Assembly (NCBI GenBank): GCA_934149515.1
Contig: CAKPFD010000006.1
Location: 3,760-67,759 of the forward strand
From: an uncultured Bacilli bacterium
Lineage (GTDB): Bacteria; Bacillota_I; Bacilli_A; RF39; UBA660
DNA: 64,000 nucleotides
Direction of reading: 5' to 3'
In this document: positions 48,749 through 58,275 of the stretch, piece after piece
Numbering within the stretch: the stretch's first letter is position 1
How the letters are laid out: each line of letters begins with the position of its first letter
Position numbers and translations under genes: made by a program
Notes under the pieces: model-generated
Told to the model about the DNA's origin: nothing
The model's database searches: none
Seen by the model: the letters and a program-made list of their open reading frames with translations, nothing else

Positions 48749-49728
48749 GGTAAATAGATAAGTTCTTGATAAGGAACTTTTGTATCCAACTCTTTTGCTG
48801 CTTGCATAATTTCCTGTAAGTGGTTAAATGATTCTTCTTTAAATTCTGTTGTTGTTGGCCATGCTTCAATTTGACGATAACGACTGACAACTTTTGTTAC
48901 ATCTTTTAAAGAAGTATCTGGAAATTGATTTAAAATAGCTTTTGCTACTTCTTCATCACTATGTTGATGTACAAAGTCTAGTCCTTTTTGAATGGCATTA
49001 GTAAATTGTTGGATTAAGTCTTTATGATTTTTTAAATAACTATCTCTTGCAAAATAAGCTGTATAAGGAACAACTCCACCTAATTCTCCAATACTAGCAA
49101 CAACATAACCATATCCTTGTTTTTCAAGTTGTAAAGCATTTGGTTCAAACAAACTAACAAAATCTCCTTGCCCTCCAATAAAAGCACTACTCATTGCAGA
49201 AAAAGCAACAGAAGTATCAATTGTAACATCATAATTTGGATCAATTCCATTTTCTCTTAATCCCCATTCAAGTGTCATTTCAGGCATTCCACCTTTTCTA
49301 CCTCCAATAATAGTCTTACCTTTTAAGTCTTCTAGGGTGAAAGAATCAATTGGTTTTCTAGAAACTAAAAATGATCCATCTTTTTGTGTTAATTGAGCAA
49401 ATGTTTTTAAATAATCCTTTTCTCCACCATTATAAACGTAAATGGTTGTTTCACTTCCAGCAAAACCAATATCAGCATCACCTGATAAAACAGCAGCACT
49501 AACTTTATCTGCTCCTGAAGCTAAAATTAGATCAATATCAATATTTTCATCAGTAAAATAACCTTTTTCAATGGCTACATACATCGGTGCATAAAAAATA
49601 GTGTGAGCAACTTCTGCTAATTTTACGATTTTACGTGTAGTATCACGGTGTCGAAAGCTAAATAAGGTAGCACAAGCAATGATAAAAATAATGATAATAG
49701 CCAAAAGATAGGTAATCTTCTTTTTCAA
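48745..49728 (-). CDS. NMT1/THI5-like substrate-binding protein
   Basis: N-terminal anchor and the FYAPMYVAIEKGYF motif typical of NMT1/THI5-like SBPs. Confidence 0.75.
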   Translation of the reverse strand: MKKKITYLLAIIIIFIIACATLFSFRHRDTTRKIVKLAEVAHTIFYAPMYVAIEKGYFTDENIDIDLILASGADKVSAAVLSGDADIGFAGSETTIYVYNGGEKDYLKTFAQLTQKDGSFLVSRKPIDSFTLEDLKGKTIIGGRKGGMPEMTLEWGLRENGIDPNYDVTIDTSVAFSAMSSAFIGGQGDFVSLFEPNALQLEKQGYGYVVASIGELGGVVPYTAYFARDSYLKNHKDLIQQFTNAIQKGLDFVHQHSDEEVAKAILNQFPDTSLKDVTKVVSRYRQIEAWPTTTEFKEESFNHLQEIMQAAKELDTKVPYQELIYLP

Positions 49729-49830
49729 ACTGTATCCTCCTTTCAGTTCAAAGTATTATATGTCAAAAAAAAGTAAGCGTGCTTATTTTGTGGAAAAGCC
49801 ATACGAAAAATACAAAACTTTTTAAACCTA

Positions 49831-49860
49831 TTGCTTTTTTTAGATATTGTTTTTTATAAT
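49831..49860 (+). promoter_or_regulatory. sigma-A-type promoter for 49885..50190
   Basis: TTGCTT (49831-49836), 18 nt, then TATAAT (49855-49860). Confidence 0.5.
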
Positions 49861-49884
49861 GGCACTAACAAAGGAGGAAAATAA

Positions 49885-50190
49885 ATGAATACAGAAATTT
49901 TAGAATTATTGATGAAGGAAAAAAAGATTAAAAGTTATTATCAGTTGGCTAAGGAGATGAATATTCCTTATACTAGTTTGTTAGATATTGTTCATGGCAA
50001 AGGTTTAAAGATCACAAATATGAAAATGATTGCAAATTTTTTTGATATCAGTATTGACTGCCTAACCAGCAAAACCACTTATTATTATGTGATAAAAGAA
50101 GATAATACTCTACAAAAATACTTGCCATTAACCAAAGATGAACAAGCTAAAAGATTTTTATTACCGTTATTTCAAGAAAATGTACTTTAA
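49885..50190 (+). CDS. XRE-like HTH protein
   Basis: KSYYQLAKEMNIPYTSLLDIVHGK HTH-like segment; 101 aa. Confidence 0.65.
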   Translation: MNTEILELLMKEKKIKSYYQLAKEMNIPYTSLLDIVHGKGLKITNMKMIANFFDISIDCLTSKTTYYYVIKEDNTLQKYLPLTKDEQAKRFLLPLFQENVL

Positions 50191-50229
50191 AAAACTGCTT
50201 TGCTATCCTAAAGATAACAAAACAGTTTT
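50190..50229. terminator. bidirectional terminator (long hairpin)
   Basis: aaaactgctttg / caaaacagtttt 12-bp stem with one mismatch, plus inner tatc/gata pairing. Confidence 0.6.
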
Positions 50230-51253
50230 ACTTTGATGAAATAGATTCCAAAGGCATACTAGAATAACTATTACTATCATAATTTGCAAATACACCATTT
50301 TGATAAAGATAATATCCAGCACTTGCAATCATCGCAGCATTATCCGTACAAAATAGCATTGGTGGAATCGATAAAGAAACATGTAATTCTTCACACAGTT
50401 GGCTTGCTTGCTTCCGTAACTCTTGATTAGCAGCAACTCCACCTGCAATAATAAGATGGGAAATATGTTCTTGTTCCAAAGCCATCTTTGTTTTAGAAAT
50501 AACACTAGAAATTGCTACATTTTGAAAAGAAGCAGCTAAATCCGCTTGGCGTATTTCATGATGTAATTGTTTTTCATGATGAGCCAAATTAATAACAGCA
50601 CTTTTTAAACCACTAAAAGAAAAATTATAACTATGATCTTGCAATGGTCTTGGTAAAGAATACGTCGTTTTACCTGTTGTTGCTAATTGATCAAGTTTTG
50701 GGCCACCAGGATAAGGTAAGCCAATCACTCTAGCAACTTTATCATAACATTCCCCAATAGCATCATCCAAAGTACCACCTAATTTTTCAAAATGTAAATG
50801 ACTAGTCATTTTGACAAGTTCAGTATGACCACCACTAACAACTAAAGCTAGCAAAGGAAATTGTAATGGTTGAACCAAATTATTTGCATAAATATGTCCT
50901 GCAATATGGTGAACGGGAATCAACGGTTTTTGATAAACATAAGCCAAAGTCTTAGCAGCTTCCAATCCGATTAATAGAGAACCAATTAAACCAGGACCTT
51001 GTGTAAAAGCAATAGCATCAATCTGTTCAAAAGACATGTTGGCTTTCTTTAAGCAGGCCTCTAAAACAAACGTAATATTCTTTACATGCTCCCTACTAGC
51101 AATTTCTGGAACAACCCCACCAAAAAGTTCATGAATATCAATTTGAGAAGAAATAACCGTTGCAATCTCATCCGTACCATTTTTGACAATAGAACAACTT
51201 GTTTCATCACAACTACTCTCAATCCCCAAAATATAAATATCTTTATCTTTCAT
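50228..51253 (-). CDS. tsaD: tRNA N6-adenosine threonylcarbamoyltransferase TsaD
   Basis: ILGIESSCDETS, HHIAGHI and GGVAAN motifs. Confidence 0.95.
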   Translation of the reverse strand: MKDKDIYILGIESSCDETSCSIVKNGTDEIATVISSQIDIHELFGGVVPEIASREHVKNITFVLEACLKKANMSFEQIDAIAFTQGPGLIGSLLIGLEAAKTLAYVYQKPLIPVHHIAGHIYANNLVQPLQFPLLALVVSGGHTELVKMTSHLHFEKLGGTLDDAIGECYDKVARVIGLPYPGGPKLDQLATTGKTTYSLPRPLQDHSYNFSFSGLKSAVINLAHHEKQLHHEIRQADLAASFQNVAISSVISKTKMALEQEHISHLIIAGGVAANQELRKQASQLCEELHVSLSIPPMLFCTDNAAMIASAGYYLYQNGVFANYDSNSYSSMPLESISSK

Positions 51254-51324
51254 TCTATCATCTCATTTCGCTACTTATTTTATCATGACTTGTTCATAAT
51301 GTAAATGAAAAAGCTTGTAGGTAA

Positions 51325-51705
51325 CTACAAACTCTCTATCATGGCAGTAAGTTTTTCAGATAAGTGATTTTTATCATACCCGATTTGAATCAACTCTTCC
51401 ATACTTTCCTTTATCTTTTCAAACTCCTGTGAAACTCTATTTTCTCTTACTTTACTTATTTCATGAGAGACAAAGCATCCTTTCGTAGAAACACTTACAA
51501 TAAACCCCTTACTTTCTAATTCATCATAAGCCTTTTTAACCGTATTAGGATTAATCCCTAAATGATTTGCTAACTCTCGAATAGAAGGTAAAGAATCACC
51601 TTCTTTTAATAAACCAAGAGAAATATATCGTTCTATTTGAGCAATAACTTGTTGATAAATTGGATAACGATTTTGATAATCCAAAATAATCATATCACAA
51701 TTCAT
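51325..51705 (-). CDS. GntR-family (YtrA-like, short) transcriptional regulator
   Basis: LPSIRELANHLGINPNTVKKAY winged-HTH; about 125 aa with no effector domain. Confidence 0.85.
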   Translation of the reverse strand: MNCDMIILDYQNRYPIYQQVIAQIERYISLGLLKEGDSLPSIRELANHLGINPNTVKKAYDELESKGFIVSVSTKGCFVSHEISKVRENRVSQEFEKIKESMEELIQIGYDKNHLSEKLTAMIESL

Positions 51706-53660
51706 GATTCCATCTCCTGATCCATTATATCATCAAAATAAGAAAGAAGATCTGTCTGATTCGTAATATAGTAAAATTCATTTTTATTTGTATAAAATTT
51801 TAAAATAAGATGATCCTTTGTACAATCAACTTTGGTATTTGCTGTTTTTAAGGTATTAATAACATTAGTAATTTTATCCATATCATGAATCGTTTGATTA
51901 TTTTTGGTATTTTCAATAGTAAATATACTAGAAGAACGTAATAAAGAAAAATTCAAATCATTATTCTGCGTTGCAAGTATTGTTGCAAGTTGTTGATTTT
52001 GTTGGAAAGGAATAGATAATACTTGTAACTTATGTTTATAATAAACCACTACATCAATAGATTCATTCCAATTGATATCCGTTAATGGGCTAGATAATGT
52101 CTGCATTACTAAAGGCTTAATATTTTCTAAATCCTGATGCAAATAATGATGATCCAAGAAAGAAACACCAAGTAGTTTTTGCGAAGACACCTTAAATTCA
52201 TTTTGAACAGTTTTATCTTGCTTTAATAAGGCCATAAATTGTTCATATTGTTCATTCGTCAAACTTAAATATCCAGTATAAGAAAAATGGTTTTTTAATG
52301 CTAAAGTAAATGATATATAATGTAAATCATCTTTTGATGGTTGTACTTGATAAGCATATTGTAGTAAAGTCTGAATTTGATCTTTTGCTGAAAATTCTAA
52401 AGTATCAAATAGTGAAGAAGAAGCATAACCAAGTTCTACTGAATCAATACCAGAAAGTTTAAAAGATAAAATATCATCAATACTCATCTGCTCTTTTATA
52501 AAAGAAAAACCTTTCATCTGCTTTCCTTGTAAATAAGCTTCCATTCCATAATAGTAACCATAACACAATAAAATACAGAATAAATAGCAAAAGAAAGTCT
52601 TCAAAGGATGCGTTAAAGAACGTCTTGTAATAAAATCATAGATATAATAATACGCTAACAAAACTAATAATAAAATAAATGTACTTTCAAAAGAAGTCTT
52701 TAAAAGAACAACTATTAAAATAAATGGTAATACACTAAGTGATTTTACTAATATATGAATTTTAAAATGAACAAATGAAGTTTCACATTCCTCCATTTTT
52801 CTACGACGGAAAGTAAAATAACCAATCACAGCAAAAATAATACTCATCAAAAATGTTTGAAATAAAATCACAGGTTGATAAAGTGGAACAGATACATCAA
52901 GAAAAGAAAAAACATTTAGCACTGGAATACTATAAGATGGTGTATAAATTCTATCTAAAGTTGTATAGTAATAACCATTTTTAGCTTGTTCATTACAATT
53001 TTTAACACCCACTGCATCTTCACAATCTTCATAATAAATTTGAGAACACCACTTATCATTCTTATTACATTTTAATTCTACTAAACGTGTTTGATCATTT
53101 AATAAAACTTGATGAACAGAAAATACAAAAGGAACAAAAAACAACAACACAAAAGTAACAACAATCTGAGTAATTAAATTACCAGCAATACTCATTGCAA
53201 TATTACTAAGTGTAAAAACATATATATATCCTAAAGTATACAATAAAAAATAATCCCAAACCATTGATAAGCTCAATGTAACTTGTGGATAAAATGCCGT
53301 TAACAAGAATAAGAAAAATATATTCATAGCAAACATAAAGATAATAAGAAAAATTCCACATACTGTGCTACTAACAAAGATCTGTCTTCTAGATAATGGC
53401 ATACTAAGCATAAAATCAACTTTTTTCTTTTTGTAAACAAAGGAAAAGAAGATGAATGACAATAAAATGGGAATTACATACATAAATCCAGTAACAAAAA
53501 TATTATTATCTAATAAGTTAATAACACCAAAACTAGTCTGAGAAATTTGCATAAGACTAACAATTAATGGAAATAAAAATAATAAAATTGCAAGTAATGC
53601 TCTAGATTTTTTTAAAACTTGATGAATATAATCAACGTGCAACCATTTCTTCAAATTCAT
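51702..53660 (-). CDS. large polytopic membrane protein, putative ABC-2-like permease
   Basis: Many TM segments in the N-terminal 370 aa plus a soluble C-terminal region. Overlaps both the ATPase and the GntR genes. Confidence 0.6.
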   Translation of the reverse strand: MNLKKWLHVDYIHQVLKKSRALLAILLFLFPLIVSLMQISQTSFGVINLLDNNIFVTGFMYVIPILLSFIFFSFVYKKKKVDFMLSMPLSRRQIFVSSTVCGIFLIIFMFAMNIFFLFLLTAFYPQVTLSLSMVWDYFLLYTLGYIYVFTLSNIAMSIAGNLITQIVVTFVLLFFVPFVFSVHQVLLNDQTRLVELKCNKNDKWCSQIYYEDCEDAVGVKNCNEQAKNGYYYTTLDRIYTPSYSIPVLNVFSFLDVSVPLYQPVILFQTFLMSIIFAVIGYFTFRRRKMEECETSFVHFKIHILVKSLSVLPFILIVVLLKTSFESTFILLLVLLAYYYIYDFITRRSLTHPLKTFFCYLFCILLCYGYYYGMEAYLQGKQMKGFSFIKEQMSIDDILSFKLSGIDSVELGYASSSLFDTLEFSAKDQIQTLLQYAYQVQPSKDDLHYISFTLALKNHFSYTGYLSLTNEQYEQFMALLKQDKTVQNEFKVSSQKLLGVSFLDHHYLHQDLENIKPLVMQTLSSPLTDINWNESIDVVVYYKHKLQVLSIPFQQNQQLATILATQNNDLNFSLLRSSSIFTIENTKNNQTIHDMDKITNVINTLKTANTKVDCTKDHLILKFYTNKNEFYYITNQTDLLSYFDDIMDQEMES

Positions 53661-54534
53661 ATCCTAATACCTCCATTTCATAAATAAATATTTCTTCTAA
53701 AGTAAGTGGTAAAAAGTCAAGTAATAAAGGCTTCATCTTTTCTAGTTCTGCCTTTAAAGATTTTTCATTCCCTTTTAAAATTAAAGTTGCAACACTACCA
53801 TTCTTTTTATAATTTAAAACATCAAATTTTGCAAATTTTTGTTCATCAAAAGCAGTAGAAAAACCAATTTGAACTTTATACATATTTGTCTTCAACGTAT
53901 CAATTTCACTTTCAAATAAAATTCCACCTTGATAAAGCAATCCTAAATGATCACAAATATCTTCAAGTTCTCTTAAATTATGGCTTGTCATAATAATGGT
54001 AGTATCTTGTTTTGTCATCTGCTCCATTAGTTTCTTTTTCATGAAGTTTCTAACAACCGGATCAAGACCATCAAAAGTTTCATCAAAAAACAAATATTTA
54101 GCATTGGTAGCAATCGCACAAATTAAAGCACATTGACGTTTCATACCTTTTGAAAAAGTATCAATTGAGCGATGTAAATCTAAATGTAATACTGCTGCTA
54201 GCTCTTTCACCTGACTCATATCAAATTTAGGATATAAGCTTTGATAAATCTTTGCATAATCTACTAACGTATAACCAGTATAAAAAAATAAATCATCTGG
54301 AACAAAAACAATATTTTTCTTTACTACTGGTTGATCAAATGGATCTACTCCATCAATCATAATCTCTCCTGATTCTCTTTGATAAATCCCTGTCAATAGT
54401 CGTAGTAACGTTGATTTGCCAGCACCATTTGCACCGACAAGTCCATAAATACTATTATCTTCTATTTTACAAGATAAGTTATCAATAATTTTCTGTTGAG
54501 AAAACGATTTGGATATTTTTTGAACTTGTATCAT
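53632..54534 (-). CDS. ABC transporter ATP-binding protein
   Basis: GANGAGKST, FSKGMKRQ and LFFDETFDGLD. Confidence 0.9.
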   Translation of the reverse strand: MIQVQKISKSFSQQKIIDNLSCKIEDNSIYGLVGANGAGKSTLLRLLTGIYQRESGEIMIDGVDPFDQPVVKKNIVFVPDDLFFYTGYTLVDYAKIYQSLYPKFDMSQVKELAAVLHLDLHRSIDTFSKGMKRQCALICAIATNAKYLFFDETFDGLDPVVRNFMKKKLMEQMTKQDTTIIMTSHNLRELEDICDHLGLLYQGGILFESEIDTLKTNMYKVQIGFSTAFDEQKFAKFDVLNYKKNGSVATLILKGNEKSLKAELEKMKPLLLDFLPLTLEEIFIYEMEVLGYEFEEMVAR

Positions 54535-54632
54535 ATTTCCTCCTTTGTACTATTTGTGCTAGTACAGTTATATTGTAACATGTAACAATAATATGTCAAG
54601 TTTTTTAGCAAAAGAAAAAGTATCAAACGATA

Positions 54633-55040
54633 CTAAAATTCTCTCATCATTAAAATTCCATCAACACCATGATAGTAATTAGGTCGAATTGCTACTTTTT
54701 GAAATTGAAACTGACAATACAAAGAAATAGCAGCAGTATTATTACTAGATACTTCCAAACTAATATTTTTGACCTTTTTACTAAAAGCAATTTGTTCTAA
54801 GTATTGTAATAGTTTCGTTGCAATATGTTGCCGGCGATAACCAACATATACTTGTAACTGTTCAATTTCTATTCGATCATAAAGTAAACTATAAAGAAGA
54901 TAAGCACAAACTCTATTTTCCCGTTCAAAAACAATTATTTTTGCAAATGGATTAAATTGTAACGAAGTGTCTAATTCATTCACATCATCTAGAAAAAACG
55001 CCATTTTTTCGCTAGGAAGTTGATCATATTCTAATATCAT
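54633..55040 (-). CDS. rimI: ribosomal-protein-alanine N-acetyltransferase RimI-like (GNAT)
   Basis: GNAT motif VGYRRQHIATKLL, located between tsaB and tsaD. Confidence 0.75.
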   Translation of the reverse strand: MILEYDQLPSEKMAFFLDDVNELDTSLQFNPFAKIIVFERENRVCAYLLYSLLYDRIEIEQLQVYVGYRRQHIATKLLQYLEQIAFSKKVKNISLEVSSNNTAAISLYCQFQFQKVAIRPNYYHGVDGILMMREF

Positions 55041-55660
55041 AAATTACATTTCTCTTCTGCTTCTGTTTTCTTTAAATAATCTGGATTAACAAGATGAGGA
55101 TCTACACTATCCCAAGATTCAACATGCTGAACAATTTTTAAAATATCTGGATGATAAGGTACAACAGATAAATCATCAAAAGAATCATTGCTAATGATTG
55201 TGAAAGGGCCAACTTCCTTTGCTAGTTCTAATAATTTAGCAAGTGGAATATATTGTTTTTCCACAATTGATTTCATATTCTTATCATATATCGCACCATA
55301 TACATATCCACGTCTAGCATCAATTAATGGCAAACGATAATCACAATTAGAAACAGAAAGCGCCATTGCTTCTAAAGAAGAAACAGGAACAATTGGTTTC
55401 TGCAAAGACCACGCCATTACCTTAGCAATTGTAATACCAATACGAACCCCAGTAAAAGAACCAGGACCATTGACAACAACAATTCGATCGATATCACTTG
55501 GTTGCAATTGCACTTTTTCAAAGTTTTGAACAATAATAGGTAACGCATCTATCGATAAATTTTGATTCAAGCAGACTTGTGCTTCAACAAGCAATTGATC
55601 ATCTTGAACTAAACCAGTATATAAATAGTTAGACGATGTATCAATATAAAGACTAATCAT
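55037..55660 (-). CDS. tsaB: t6A biosynthesis protein TsaB
   Basis: LYIDTSS..., NGPGSFTGVRIGITIAK. Confidence 0.88.
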   Translation of the reverse strand: MISLYIDTSSNYLYTGLVQDDQLLVEAQVCLNQNLSIDALPIIVQNFEKVQLQPSDIDRIVVVNGPGSFTGVRIGITIAKVMAWSLQKPIVPVSSLEAMALSVSNCDYRLPLIDARRGYVYGAIYDKNMKSIVEKQYIPLAKLLELAKEVGPFTIISNDSFDDLSVVPYHPDILKIVQHVESWDSVDPHLVNPDYLKKTEAEEKCNL

Positions 55661-56115
55661 AAAATAGCCTCTACTATATCTTCGTATACTTGTCCATGTG
55701 GTGTAATTGTAATGATACGCATATCCTCATCTTCATCAGAGACTCTAAACTTAATATCTAATCTTTCTTCTGGTAAAGAATCTGCAATCATATCAGCCCA
55801 CTCGATAATCGTAATACCACCTTTTGCATAGTATTCTTCTATACCTATATCATCTACATTACCGTCCAAACGATAAACATCCATATGATATAAAGGTAAT
55901 TCACCACTAGTATACTCTTTAATAATATTAAATGTAGGAGAAGTAATTTCTTCCTCCACCTCTAAAGCAGAAGCAAATCCCTTAGCAAAAATAGTTTTAC
56001 CAGATCCTAAATCTCCATTTAAACAGATCACCATATTAGGAAACTTTTCAGATTCGATATTCTGTGCTAATTCAATTGTGTCTTTTTCACTATAAGACGT
56101 TATTTTATAATTCAT
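55657..56115 (-). CDS. tsaE: t6A biosynthesis ATPase TsaE
   Basis: LNGDLGSGKTIFAKG, SPTFNI and HMDVYRL. Confidence 0.9.
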   Translation of the reverse strand: MNYKITSYSEKDTIELAQNIESEKFPNMVICLNGDLGSGKTIFAKGFASALEVEEEITSPTFNIIKEYTSGELPLYHMDVYRLDGNVDDIGIEEYYAKGGITIIEWADMIADSLPEERLDIKFRVSDEDEDMRIITITPHGQVYEDIVEAIL

Positions 56116-56236
56116 TTTTTCACCTCTATCAACTACCAGATCATTATATCAAAGTATGAATTATCTTTTCAAGCTATTTTGCAAATCTATTTTTAATAAT
56201 AAAAAACCGACATATCATATGCCGATTATTATTCAT

Positions 56237-56737
56237 TTATTTTTTCTTAGGAATTACATTTTTGCTATGTTGTAAACTTCTTACTGACTCTTGAAAATTG
56301 AATACCTTATTCGCTAAATCACTTAAACTAGATTCATCCTGATGATCTGCCATCAATTTACCATCTATAAAAAATGAATCAAGATATTGCATTTTCCTTT
56401 TACACATTTCATCTTCTATTTCTAATTGCGAATAATCATTTTTCAAGCCATCAAAAACATAGCTAAGGACATATTCAAGATTACCATATCTAATAACCTT
56501 ACCCTCTACGCTTGAAGGAAATTCTTGCTTTAATCTTTCCAATTCTACAGTAGAAATCAAATCTACTTCTCCTTCATAACAAGGACGATTAAATTGAACT
56601 AATTCTCCTTTTGAATTCATCTCAGTACTAGAAACTGGTTTAAGATAAATAACATAAGCATAATTTGAATCCTTATTAGCCACTTCTTGACTCAATTCTT
56701 CCATTCCTAAAAAATTATCTAAATTTGACATTTTCAT
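56237..56737 (-). CDS. hypothetical protein
   Basis: 166 aa. No motif recognised. Confidence 0.5.
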   Translation of the reverse strand: MKMSNLDNFLGMEELSQEVANKDSNYAYVIYLKPVSSTEMNSKGELVQFNRPCYEGEVDLISTVELERLKQEFPSSVEGKVIRYGNLEYVLSYVFDGLKNDYSQLEIEDEMCKRKMQYLDSFFIDGKLMADHQDESSLSDLANKVFNFQESVRSLQHSKNVIPKKK

Positions 56738-56765
56738 TCCCCCTAATTTTATACTTCAAATAATT

Positions 56766-57593
56766 TTATAAAGTCTTATATAAATGATTAAATTCTTCTA
56801 ATGATGACTGTTGCTCTTTTTCCTTTTCATTTTTTAAAATTTGAGCCATCATTTTATATTCTTCTAATGTAAATTCTGGTTGAAATGTTGTTTCTTTTTT
56901 AATTGGTTCAACATCTTTTAAAATCATATCATTATCATTTTTTATGGATTTTTCTACGAAAGTTTTATGATTAAAATCACCGGTTAAACAATAGTTTATA
57001 GGTTCTTCTTCAGTATTTTTACGATGACGATTTAAATACTTAGAAATTAAACTATAAAAAATCAAAAATAAAACCCATATGACAAAAAGGAACATACTGC
57101 ATTCAAATAAGCTACGTACTTGATTGCTACGATATAATTCTTCGACATTAAAGACATTCAATTTTAATTCGTTAATTAAGGCTAAAACCAAAATAAACAA
57201 ATAAAGCAAAACACCAAATACAACAGAATTAAGTAATTTTAACATTGGTGCAATTTTCTTCTGAAACATTGTTTTCCATAAAATGATATTACTGATAATA
57301 AACATCAATAAATAAACAATAATTGTTGGAAAATAATAACTAATGAACATTTGATTAATTGCATAATCTAATAAACTTGCAAAACTTTTACCATATTGAA
57401 TGGCAAAAAAGATAAATGCTGCAACATAAATTAGAATATAAGCTTTTTTACTTTCTTTTTGATTAGAACGATTCGTTGTTGCAAATAAATATACTAAAAA
57501 GCAAATAATAATGAAAGCAATAGCATACAAAGGAGATGACGTTATCAACTCCCAAATAAATTTTAATTGTTCAATAATTGATAATGGATTCAA
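56766..57593 (-). CDS. polytopic membrane protein, paralog of 17585..18196
   Basis: Shares the YYFPTIIVY and LYRSNQ..S.FLF.IWV motifs with the membrane protein of the first sortase locus. Confidence 0.55.
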   Translation of the reverse strand: MNPLSIIEQLKFIWELITSSPLYAIAFIIICFLVYLFATTNRSNQKESKKAYILIYVAAFIFFAIQYGKSFASLLDYAINQMFISYYFPTIIVYLLMFIISNIILWKTMFQKKIAPMLKLLNSVVFGVLLYLFILVLALINELKLNVFNVEELYRSNQVRSLFECSMFLFVIWVLFLIFYSLISKYLNRHRKNTEEEPINYCLTGDFNHKTFVEKSIKNDNDMILKDVEPIKKETTFQPEFTLEEYKMMAQILKNEKEKEQQSSLEEFNHLYKTL

Positions 57594-57609
57594 CCTTCAT
57601 CACCCCTTT

Positions 57610-58275
57610 TTATGATACGTGAACCAAATTTGCTATATAAACGGTCTGTGTTGTATTATCATAGTTTGTACAAGTTACCAAAGTAAGAGACGTCTTGCTA
57701 TAATCTCTTTTAATAGCAATAGTACCAGTCTTTGATTCCTTATAAATACTTGTTATTTGATATGTATACCGTTTACTTTGATAAGTAACAATTGCCTGAT
57801 CACCAACAGATAATTGATATAAATCATTAAAGAATGCTTTCCATCCAGTACCTGAATGTCCTGCAATAATCAGATTACCTTTAGAGACATTAGGCATCGT
57901 ACTACCAGAAATAACTTGAATATTTTTTTCCACTGTATTTTCAGGACTTTCTATAGAATAAAATCCCCTATTAAAATTAATCTTAGGAATCTCCAAATAA
58001 CCTATATAGCCACTTGTTACTTCCTGTGTTACCTGTTCTTGTTGTTCTTGTGTTTGCTGACTTTCAGTTTCTTCCTGTTCATCAGTTTGAACAACAACTT
58101 CATTTTGAAATAGCTTTGTATTCATATAATTAAAAGCCATGGAACGTTTCTGTTCAATAAGATGATAAAAAGATAAGAATCCCCCTAGGACAATCATAAT
58201 TGCTCCTAAAAGAGCGGTTGTACTAGATGGGACTCTTCTTTTTTTATTGTTCTTTTTTGCCATTGTAGTAAACAA
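57610..58275 (-). CDS. sortase
   Basis: IAGHSG and SLTLVTC motifs, N-terminal TM. Paralog of 18213..18851. Confidence 0.85.
   Translation of the reverse strand: MFTTMAKKNNKKRRVPSSTTALLGAIMIVLGGFLSFYHLIEQKRSMAFNYMNTKLFQNEVVVQTDEQEETESQQTQEQQEQVTQEVTSGYIGYLEIPKINFNRGFYSIESPENTVEKNIQVISGSTMPNVSKGNLIIAGHSGTGWKAFFNDLYQLSVGDQAIVTYQSKRYTYQITSIYKESKTGTIAIKRDYSKTSLTLVTCTNYDNTTQTVYIANLVHVS

Noticed and set aside
49729-49884. TPP or other riboswitch upstream of the NMT1/THI5-type ABC importer
   Set aside because: I read the leader on the minus strand. It has no CUGAGA / GGGGUGC-type TPP core and no obvious conserved structured element, only AT-rich promoter-like sequence.
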